Source of the DNA: Casimicrobiaceae bacterium
GTDB lineage: Bacteria; Pseudomonadota; Gammaproteobacteria; Burkholderiales; Casimicrobiaceae
Direction of reading: 5' to 3'
NCBI GenBank assembly: GCA_036786505.1
Contig: DAIQRF010000001.1
Span: 1-43,071, forward strand
DNA: 43,071 nucleotides
This document shows positions 31,520 through 39,310 of the stretch, in pieces. Position numbers and translations under genes: made by a program. A model generated the notes under the pieces. It saw nothing but the letters and a program-made list of their open reading frames with translations. It did not search any database and was not told the DNA's origin. Each line of letters starts with the position of its first letter. Positions within the stretch are counted from its first letter, which is position 1.

Positions 31520-32958
31520 TGGCAGCCACCCTCAGCTTTACGGCCCGCGATGGCAGCCCCGGCTCGCTGACCATCGAGATCGACGCGGTCAACCTGCTTG
31601 CGCAGCAGAACTCCCCGCCGAACCTGCGCCCGCAAGTGAACGCGCCCGTGCTCGCCGGCGACGATAAGCTATTGGGTCTGCCCTGGGGAGTTGGATGGGC
31701 AGTTCCGATGAGCCAGCGCCTGATCGCGCTGGGCGGCAATTCGCGCCTGCAGCTCCTGCAATTTGAATGCCCGTCGCTCGATACGACCGACATGGCGTGG
31801 GGCGCGAGCGGCACCATCGACGCGACGACGGATCCAGTCACCCTGCAGGCCGCGCCCTTCGGTCAAAGTATCTACGGCCGCGCGTTCGCCGTGGGCGACT
31901 ACATCATCTGGAACAACCCGGCCGTGGTCAATGGCCGCTATCAATACGAGATCGATCAGATCACGGCCATAAACCAAAACACGTTCACGCTGGCACGCCG
32001 CGGGCAGGGAGCGGCGCGCGGTACGGCGCAATTCGCGACCGTCATGGCGGCGCAGAGCGGCCAGTTTTTTCAGCTCCTCGATCCTACGCTCTTCGCTTTG
32101 TGGGATGGCACGCACCAGGTCTTTAAATTCCTGTGGGACGGCATGATCGTGAGCGCCGTCTCGGCGACCACCGCAGGCCTCCTGCAGCCGGTCGTCGTGA
32201 ACTTGATCCCCGGCCCGCCGGCAGCCGCCGCAATGGGCTTATCTCTTGGCCCGGCGACGTCGGCCGCCGCGATTCAAAACCAGATCGCCACCGGCCTCTC
32301 GGTTACCGCTCCGGTTTCGACCGGTGGCCTGCCCCAGGCGCCCGGCCTTGGCACGCTCTATGGGGTTGTGACGGTTTCAGCGCTGCCCGGCCCCGGCGAT
32401 CCGCTCACCACCAGCGGCAATACCGTCCTCTTCAACGGCATCCAGTACGTCTGGAGCCAGCGTCAGGGATCGACCGCCTTTCAGTGGGTCGCGCTTGCCC
32501 GCCAGGGTGTGGAGTTCTACGACATCCGAGCCAACCGCGCCAATTACGATGCGACGAAACTCCCGCTCGGCAGTACCTACTTCGAAACCGACACCACGCT
32601 GATTTACACCGTTCAATCGGTCGGCGGCGTCAACGTGTGGCTCTTCTATAGCGGCTACTGGGCACGCACTCAGGCGCAGGTGCCAGGCGTCGGCGCAACC
32701 CTCGGCCCGAACGATAACGACCTGCGGATCCGCACCACCGACACCCAGCACGTTTACATCTGGACCGGCGCCGTGTGGCACTTCGACGGCGAAGGCTCCG
32801 GCTTCTATACGATCTCCGGTACCGGGACCTATCCATTCGGCGGCACGTCCGCGACGTGGGGGATCGCGAACGGCTCAACTTACGCCGTCTCACAGGACGA
32901 CGGAACCACGGCGAACGTGGTCTCGATCATCGCGGCGACTGAATATTTGAGGCTCTGA
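31519..32958 (+). CDS. Tail-associated structural protein (479 aa)
   Basis: ORF track. TGATG junction. Position in the tail module. Confidence 0.8.
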   Translation: MAATLSFTARDGSPGSLTIEIDAVNLLAQQNSPPNLRPQVNAPVLAGDDKLLGLPWGVGWAVPMSQRLIALGGNSRLQLLQFECPSLDTTDMAWGASGTIDATTDPVTLQAAPFGQSIYGRAFAVGDYIIWNNPAVVNGRYQYEIDQITAINQNTFTLARRGQGAARGTAQFATVMAAQSGQFFQLLDPTLFALWDGTHQVFKFLWDGMIVSAVSATTAGLLQPVVVNLIPGPPAAAAMGLSLGPATSAAAIQNQIATGLSVTAPVSTGGLPQAPGLGTLYGVVTVSALPGPGDPLTTSGNTVLFNGIQYVWSQRQGSTAFQWVALARQGVEFYDIRANRANYDATKLPLGSTYFETDTTLIYTVQSVGGVNVWLFYSGYWARTQAQVPGVGATLGPNDNDLRIRTTDTQHVYIWTGAVWHFDGEGSGFYTISGTGTYPFGGTSATWGIANGSTYAVSQDDGTTANVVSIIAATEYLRL

Positions 32959-32961
32959 GCC

Positions 32962-34098
32962 ATGGCAACTGAATTCATCGACTCCTTCGGAATTTACGTT
33001 ACTAACTCGGTCAGTACCGGCGCGAGCGCGGTCTCCCTCTACGAGCGATGGACCGGCATCGGCGACGGGAACCACAGCCTGTCAGTAGCCGCCGGAAAGG
33101 GCGCGCGCGGCAACCCGGCACTCTGGATCCCATTTGGGGGGGCAATCTACAAGACGCTCTCGCACCAGCAAACTTACACCGTTGGCTTCACGCTCAACAT
33201 GAGCAGCAACGCTGGCGTCGGCGGCGGCGATTTGATCCAGCTCCAAAACACCGCGCAGATCCTCTGCTCGCTTATGGTCAACGCCGACGGATCGGTTTTG
33301 GTTTACGCGAACAACACCACCTCGCTGGTGGTTTGCACGCTGGCCGCCGGCTTCATCCTTGCGAATACGAACTGCTTCATTGAGCTGAAGTCGACGATCT
33401 CCGGAACCAGTAATGTCAACGTTGCCGGGACGGTGAACATCTACAACGCCGCCGGCGCCCTGCTCGCCACCGCAACCGGGAATGTGAACACTGGCCTCTC
33501 GACCAACAGCCTGGCCACGCTGACCGGCTTATTCGGGATGAACGTCGTGCCGGCCTTCGCCGCGGTTTATAACCGCGTCGGGCTGCTCGCCGGCTGCACC
33601 ACAAACGGGCAAGCCTATATTTCGGATCTCTACATCAACACCAGCGCCGGGACCGTGAACACCGGTTTCCTCGGCCCGGTAATCATCGATCCGTATCCGC
33701 TGCCGGCGAGTGACGGCGGCACCCTCCAGTGGACACCGTTGAGCGGCGCGGTCCACTTCAGCCAGATCAACGAGCTGCCTTCTGACGGAGACACGAGCTA
33801 CAACGCGGCGCCCTCTGCCGGCCTCACCGACGCTTATGGATGGGAAGTGGTTACGGCCTTCAGCGGCAGCGTTCACACTGTCCAGATAAGCTATTGCGCG
33901 CGATCGACCGATGAAGGCCCCTGCGCGATCAAAAGCTGCATCGGCCCAACCGGAGCGCTGGCTCAGTCGCCAGCTTTCCCTCTTCCGGGCAATTACAATT
34001 ACTGGCATTTCGCCTTCGATCTCGATCCCACCACCGGCCTGCCCTGGACGGTCGCGGGTTTCAACGCCAACCAAAAAGGCGTGACGAGGAGTAGCTAA
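32962..34098 (+). CDS. Tail fibre/spike-like protein (378 aa)
   Basis: ORF track. Beta-rich Thr/Asn/Gly/Ser composition. Confidence 0.8.
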   Translation: MATEFIDSFGIYVTNSVSTGASAVSLYERWTGIGDGNHSLSVAAGKGARGNPALWIPFGGAIYKTLSHQQTYTVGFTLNMSSNAGVGGGDLIQLQNTAQILCSLMVNADGSVLVYANNTTSLVVCTLAAGFILANTNCFIELKSTISGTSNVNVAGTVNIYNAAGALLATATGNVNTGLSTNSLATLTGLFGMNVVPAFAAVYNRVGLLAGCTTNGQAYISDLYINTSAGTVNTGFLGPVIIDPYPLPASDGGTLQWTPLSGAVHFSQINELPSDGDTSYNAAPSAGLTDAYGWEVVTAFSGSVHTVQISYCARSTDEGPCAIKSCIGPTGALAQSPAFPLPGNYNYWHFAFDLDPTTGLPWTVAGFNANQKGVTRSS

Positions 34099-35013
34099 AT
34101 GGCCCTCCTCTACGATGAGAATTTTCAAAGTTATGCCCTTGGAGCCACTCCTCCGTTCGCGAACCTTTCGGGCTCGGGGATAATCGTCAACACCACGCCA
34201 GGACCTTACGGCGATTCGCAGTGTCTGAAGCAGGGATCCACTCAGGCCGTAACCTATCCGATTCTTCCGACGATCACGCTTGCTCAAGCCCAAGCGGGAG
34301 TCACCTACGCGAGCCTGGGTGTTCCGAGCTACTCGGCTGCCACGGTTTTCCAGGCCCTTTTTATTGATTACTACCCGGCGATGAACGGGCAGATCCTCAC
34401 CTTCAACAGCAATCTCAGTCCGTTTGCCGGGGTGGCGCCCGCTGCCGTGAGAATTCTGAGCGACGGTACCGTGGCGGTCACGGCACCCGCCAGCAGCGCA
34501 GCCTCGGCGAACCAGGCCATCTCCACCTACTCGCTCACCCCCGGCAAGTGGTACTTCTTCCAGACCAACATCAGCTTTTCCAATGACGGCACCTACGTTA
34601 TCGTGACGATCACCGTAGCCGTCAACGGCGTGCCTGTCGTAACCGCGAGCTGGACCACCGGCCAACTTCTCTCAGGCGTTCCGGCACTTTACTGGAACAA
34701 CCTCCAGGTCGGGACCGCCGGCAACGGTGGATACATCGACCGGCTCACGATTTACAGCGACGTCGAAATAATGCCGTCGTTCCCGCACTTGGGAACGCCA
34801 GTGGCGCGCGTAACGCAGGGAGTCATTGAGATTGCACGCCCCACAGTGGCCCCGCCGCCGCCCCCTCCCGGCCCGCCGCCAGGCCCGCCGGTTCCCGCAC
34901 CCGGTGGATGCGCCGAGCAATCGAAGCTGAGCGTGATGCCGGGTCTGAGCGCGGCCGGAACGGCGCCGCCCTCGATTCCTGGACAGACCAACTCGCTCAA
35001 GAGCCAATTATGA
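34099..35013 (+). CDS. Tail fibre-like protein with a C-terminal poly-Pro hinge (304 aa)
   Basis: ORF track. APPPPPPGPPPGPPVPAPGG near the C-terminus. Confidence 0.8.
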   Translation: MALLYDENFQSYALGATPPFANLSGSGIIVNTTPGPYGDSQCLKQGSTQAVTYPILPTITLAQAQAGVTYASLGVPSYSAATVFQALFIDYYPAMNGQILTFNSNLSPFAGVAPAAVRILSDGTVAVTAPASSAASANQAISTYSLTPGKWYFFQTNISFSNDGTYVIVTITVAVNGVPVVTASWTTGQLLSGVPALYWNNLQVGTAGNGGYIDRLTIYSDVEIMPSFPHLGTPVARVTQGVIEIARPTVAPPPPPPGPPPGPPVPAPGGCAEQSKLSVMPGLSAAGTAPPSIPGQTNSLKSQL

Positions 35014-36131
35014 AAAAAGCCATTCTCACCTTATTTCTCGGATCCGTTCTCTACGCGCAGCAAACGCCGGCGCCGACCTTCGTCTATCAGGCCTTGACGA
35101 CGAACGCCAGCGGCCTGATTGTTCCGTGCGCTGGCTGCTCGCTCTACACCTACGCCGCCGGCGGCACGACCGGCAAGGCGACGTACACCACCGCCAACGG
35201 AGCGACGCCCAACAGCAACCCCATCGTGCTCGACTCGAATGGCGCCGCGCAGATGTGGACGACGCCCGGCGTAAGCTACCGCTTCGATCTCTATAGCGCC
35301 GCCCTCGTGCTCATCCGTTCCGTCGACAACGTCCCCGGCGGCACGCTGGCCGGCCAGTCGACCGTCACCGCAAATTATATTTACGCAGGTCCAGCGAGCG
35401 GCGCCGCGGCGGCGCCCGCTTTCCGCGCCGCGGTCCTGGCCGACCTGCCGAGCGCGATCGCGCTGAGCAGCGCGAATTTCGGCAGCCAGGGAACGACCGC
35501 CACCGTGCTTCATGGCAACGCCGGCAGCGCGCTCGCGTTCGGACCCGTCGTCGCGGCCGACTTCGGCGGCTCAGTGCCCGCGCGGACCGCGCTCGCGAAT
35601 CCCAGCGCCGCGGCAGGCACGCCCGCCCAGTCGACGACCCTCGACGTCCTCGCCTACCAGGTCGCGGAGATTCCGGCCTTCGTGCGCGTCACTGCCGACT
35701 TCACCACCAGCGGCGTCGGCACCGCGCTCGAAACGATCACCGGCCTGACCTTCACCATCCCGGCGTCGACCGCGCTGAATGTCCCCTTTCATTGCCACCT
35801 GATCTATCACCAGAACGTCGCCACCGTCGCCGTGGCCTTCGGCCTTGAGGACGTCACGATTTCCCCCACCAATATCGCGGCCATGGGCGAGATTCACACC
35901 GCCGCGGCCGTGATCGCCACAGGCAACCTCGTCGGGTTGGCGACTACAACTGCGACGGCCATTGTTAGCGCGACACCGTCCGCGATCACCACCGACTGGA
36001 ATGCGGAGGTGAGCGGAATGGTCGAAGCGCCTTCGAATGCCGCGTCGAGCGCCATCCAATTCATGGTCTCAACAGCGACGGCCGCCGACACCGTGACGGT
36101 GAGAAGGGGAAGCTTTTGCCAGTTGAATTAA
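35010..36131 (+). CDS. Tail-fibre-like protein with a signal-peptide-like N-terminus (373 aa)
   Basis: Met35 of ORF 34908..36131 in an ATGA overlap. MKKAILTLFLGSVLYAQQ. Then SLYTYAAGGTTGKATYTTANGATPNSNPIVLDSNGAAQMW, a fibre N-terminal-type pattern. Confidence 0.8.
   Translation: MKKAILTLFLGSVLYAQQTPAPTFVYQALTTNASGLIVPCAGCSLYTYAAGGTTGKATYTTANGATPNSNPIVLDSNGAAQMWTTPGVSYRFDLYSAALVLIRSVDNVPGGTLAGQSTVTANYIYAGPASGAAAAPAFRAAVLADLPSAIALSSANFGSQGTTATVLHGNAGSALAFGPVVAADFGGSVPARTALANPSAAAGTPAQSTTLDVLAYQVAEIPAFVRVTADFTTSGVGTALETITGLTFTIPASTALNVPFHCHLIYHQNVATVAVAFGLEDVTISPTNIAAMGEIHTAAAVIATGNLVGLATTTATAIVSATPSAITTDWNAEVSGMVEAPSNAASSAIQFMVSTATAADTVTVRRGSFCQLN
35938..35948 (+). promoter_or_regulatory. TGGCGACTACA motif copy inside the fibre-like gene, ~170 nt before the carrier-protein gene
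   Basis: Read directly. In frame as L-A-T-T. Confidence 0.3.
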
Positions 36132-36328
36132 AGAAAACAGTCGCCGAGGTGTTGGGTGCCAGCTATCCGCTCGCGCGCATGACGGAGAGCTTCGCCCAAA
36201 TCGGCATGGATTCGCTCGAATATTTGTGCTTTCTCGTCGACGTGGAGGCGGCACTGGATATCGTACTGCCGCGCTCGCCCGGCTTTATAACGCCGCAGGA
36301 CGTGGCGGATTGGGTAGCGAAGCAGTGA
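36116..36328 (+). CDS. Acyl/peptidyl carrier protein-like (70 aa, TTG start)
   Basis: FAQIGMDSLEYLCFLVDVEAALDI fits the carrier-protein DSL phosphopantetheine-site helix. GAGAAGGGGAAG RBS. Confidence 0.7.
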   Translation: MPVELKKTVAEVLGASYPLARMTESFAQIGMDSLEYLCFLVDVEAALDIVLPRSPGFITPQDVADWVAKQ

Positions 36329-36774
36329 CATTTCACGTCGAGCAGTGGCGCGACTTCTATCCGGAAGCCAAACCGCTGATGCAGGAGCACTGGGAAGAAA
36401 TCGCCATTGATCGCGAACAGATCCCTCTTTCGCTCAACGAGGAGCGCTACCAGCAGATTTCTGACGCCGGCATCCTGCATATTCTCGTGGCGCGCGAAGG
36501 CGCGGAGCTGGCCGGTTATTACATTGCCCTCGTCTTGCCGCACATTCACTACCAGGATGCGGGGCTGATGGCCTTCACCGATATTTACTTCCTGCGGCCG
36601 CAGTTCCGCAAGGGCCATGCCGGCGTTCAGATGTTCGTCGAAGCGGAGCGCACCTTACGCGAAGCCGGCGTTGTGAAAGCGTATTTGAGCTGCAAGGCGC
36701 ACCGCGACATCAGCCCGATCTTTGAAGCGTTGGGATGGAAGTTTTCAGACAAGAGCTATACGAAAGTTTTCTGA
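36325..36774 (+). CDS. GNAT-like acyltransferase (149 aa, GTG start)
   Basis: GTGA overlap with the carrier gene. LAGYYIALV...FLRPQFRKGHAGVQMFVEAERTLREAGV resembles the GNAT acyl-CoA-binding core. Confidence 0.7.
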   Translation: MTFHVEQWRDFYPEAKPLMQEHWEEIAIDREQIPLSLNEERYQQISDAGILHILVAREGAELAGYYIALVLPHIHYQDAGLMAFTDIYFLRPQFRKGHAGVQMFVEAERTLREAGVVKAYLSCKAHRDISPIFEALGWKFSDKSYTKVF

Positions 36775-36784
36775 GGAATCAACT

Positions 36785-37564
36785 ATGGGTTTAGGCACAG
36801 GCTCGATGGTCTCCGCTGGCATTGGCGCCTACGCCAGCATGTACGGAGCCGACCAACAGGCGAAGTCGGCGGCTAACGCTCTCCAATTCCAGGAATCGAC
36901 CCAGGCCACCAACCAGGCCAACTTCAAGCCATATCTCGACGCCGGATCCACCTCCATCAACAAGATGATGGAGGACCTCAACAATGGAACCTTCGGCCCC
37001 GGATCAAACCCCGCCTTTAAAGCGCCCACCGCCGATGAAGCGCGCGCGACGCCTGGCTATCAGTTCACCTTGAGCCAGGGCATGCGCGGCGTCGACGCCG
37101 GCGCGGCAGCTCGCGGAGGCGCGCTATCTGGCGGCGCCGCGAAGTCGGAAATGGGTTATGCGAGCGGCCTGGCCGACTCCACCTATAACGACGTGTACAA
37201 CCGTTCGCTTTCTGCCTACCAGGCCAACCTCGCCAAACAGGCGCAGGAATTCTCGCAGCTCTACCAGCCCGCCTCGTTGGGCGAAAACGCGGCAGCCCAG
37301 AGCGGCAACACCGCGCAGCAAGTCGCCGGCAACGTCGGAGGCTTGATGACCCAGGTCGGCAACGCGCAAGCAGCCGGCGCCATGGGGGTCGCGAACGCCG
37401 CCGCCGGCGGCGTGACCGGCGTGACGCAAGCGCGGTGGCTGAGCCAGTACGGCATGGGCGGCGCGGGCGGCGGCGCCATGCAATATGACGCCGGCGGCCA
37501 ACCCATCGCAGGAACCGGAAGCGAAGCGGACAACGTCGCCGCGCAATACGCAGCAGGATTCTAA
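36785..37564 (+). CDS. Gly/Ala/Gln-rich internal virion / ejection-type protein (259 aa)
   Basis: Met22 of ORF 36722..37564 with GAGGAA RBS. Composition and position match podovirus ejection proteins. Confidence 0.8.
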   Translation: MGLGTGSMVSAGIGAYASMYGADQQAKSAANALQFQESTQATNQANFKPYLDAGSTSINKMMEDLNNGTFGPGSNPAFKAPTADEARATPGYQFTLSQGMRGVDAGAAARGGALSGGAAKSEMGYASGLADSTYNDVYNRSLSAYQANLAKQAQEFSQLYQPASLGENAAAQSGNTAQQVAGNVGGLMTQVGNAQAAGAMGVANAAAGGVTGVTQARWLSQYGMGGAGGGAMQYDAGGQPIAGTGSEADNVAAQYAAGF

Positions 37565-37567
37565 ACC

Positions 37568-39310
37568 ATGCCCCTCGACCCATCCATCCCGTTATCGTTC
37601 AAGGCGCCCGAGTCGCCGCTCGCCTCGATCAGCCAGCTCATGCAGGTGCGCGGCCTCTCTTCGGAGATCGCGCTGCGCAACGCGCAGACCGAGCAGGCCC
37701 AGGCCAACACCGGCGACATCCAGGCGCAGGCGCTGGGCAGGCAGCGCGATCTCGCCGATCAACAGACCCTGCAGCAAGCCATGGGTGATGCGGATCACCC
37801 GGAGTATAAGGGCGCGGCGGTAAAGGGTGATTTCTCGTTCCTGGATGGCAAGGTTCAGCCGTCGTCGCAGTTGAAGTTTGCGACCGCGCAGCTCGGCAAG
37901 ATCAAAGAGCAGGCTGCTGTCGACACCACCACTCTCGCCAACACGCAGGCGTATCATAAGCAGCTCGGCGATACCATTTTCGGGTTAAGCCAGTTGCCAG
38001 TCGAAGACCGGGCAGGCGCCGCGGCCTCGGCCATCGGGGAATTGAGTAAACTACCCGGCGCCAAGCAACTGGCCGACCTCTCGACGATGGATTTTAGCGA
38101 CGCCGGCCTGAAGAAATATGCGGCGGACAATAACGCCGCGACGGAGTACTGGGGCGCGGTCAACACACAGAAGACCGCACAGCAGAAGATCGACACCGAG
38201 GCCGCGCTCGCACAGAAGGACCTCGGCCAAGGCGCAGCCGGCCAAGCCTCGGCCCTCGAAACCCGTTCGAAGATGGCCGATCAGCAGTATGGGCAGGCGG
38301 TCCAGTCGATTGCCGCGAACCCACCGAAGGACGCACAGGCGTACTCGGACCTCATCGATACACTGCCCCACGCCACGGCGGCGCGCATGCTCGCAACCAT
38401 GCCGATCGCAAATTACAATCCGGCAAAAGCGGGCTCCGTGCTCGCGCAATCGGCTTTAACCCCGGAGCAAGCGGCCACCACGTCGCAGGCCCAGGCCCGC
38501 GAGGCGGAAACCCTGCGCCACAACCGCGTCGACGAAGCGACCGCCGGCGGCCGTCTCGCCGTCGAACGGCAGCGGCTGAACCAAACCACCAACGGCGTGC
38601 AATTGAACCCGGCGCAGCAGGCCATCGCGCAAAAGTTGGCAGATGGCGACTTCAACCCGGCCCAGCTAACGCGGTTCCCCGACAAGGAAGCCCTCGTCGC
38701 GGGCGCAATCGCGCGCAATCCCAACTGGTCGCCCCAGACCTATGCGACCAAGGCTGCGTTTACGAATCCGCAATCGAAGCAGTCGCAGAATCTGGGAACG
38801 ATTTCGCGGATCGTCGAGCACCTGGGGCGGTTCGATCAAAATTCCGACTCCATCGGGATCGCGCCCGGATACGCGGCGGGCTTTAATCTCACCGGCGATG
38901 CGGCGAAACTTCACGAAGATGCGCACGCCATCTCATCGGAACTGGAAAAGCTGGTCTCGGGCGGCGTGGGCACCGAAGGCCAGGTCCAGGCCATCCAGAA
39001 AGGATTAGGTTCATCGATTCCATCGATCCGGAAGGACGCGAGCGCGGAACTCTCGCAACTGGTCGGCGGCCAATACGTCGGCATGAACCAAACCTATAAG
39101 GCCGGCACCGGCAAGGATCTGCCGCAGGACCAATTTGTGAGCCCGCACGGACGCGAGTGGCTGCAGAAGAACGGCATCAACGTGACGGGCAAGGCGACTG
39201 GCGGACTCCCGCCCGCGGCTCGCGCACAACTCCAGGAAGGCCACACCACCACATTTGGGAATGGCCAGCAGTGGACGCTCGAAAACGGCCAGGAAAAGCA
39301 GATCAAATAA
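37568..39310 (+). CDS. Internal virion / ejection-type protein (580 aa)
   Basis: ORF track. Gln/Ala-rich helical composition. Confidence 0.85.
   Translation: MPLDPSIPLSFKAPESPLASISQLMQVRGLSSEIALRNAQTEQAQANTGDIQAQALGRQRDLADQQTLQQAMGDADHPEYKGAAVKGDFSFLDGKVQPSSQLKFATAQLGKIKEQAAVDTTTLANTQAYHKQLGDTIFGLSQLPVEDRAGAAASAIGELSKLPGAKQLADLSTMDFSDAGLKKYAADNNAATEYWGAVNTQKTAQQKIDTEAALAQKDLGQGAAGQASALETRSKMADQQYGQAVQSIAANPPKDAQAYSDLIDTLPHATAARMLATMPIANYNPAKAGSVLAQSALTPEQAATTSQAQAREAETLRHNRVDEATAGGRLAVERQRLNQTTNGVQLNPAQQAIAQKLADGDFNPAQLTRFPDKEALVAGAIARNPNWSPQTYATKAAFTNPQSKQSQNLGTISRIVEHLGRFDQNSDSIGIAPGYAAGFNLTGDAAKLHEDAHAISSELEKLVSGGVGTEGQVQAIQKGLGSSIPSIRKDASAELSQLVGGQYVGMNQTYKAGTGKDLPQDQFVSPHGREWLQKNGINVTGKATGGLPPAARAQLQEGHTTTFGNGQQWTLENGQEKQIK

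Noticed and set aside
31519-36131. Diversity-generating retroelement or shufflon-type variation in the fibre genes; CRISPR arrays anywhere
   Set aside because: No reverse transcriptase was found. No template/variable repeat pair or repeat-spacer array was visible by eye. The only inverted repeats are at 4350/4581.
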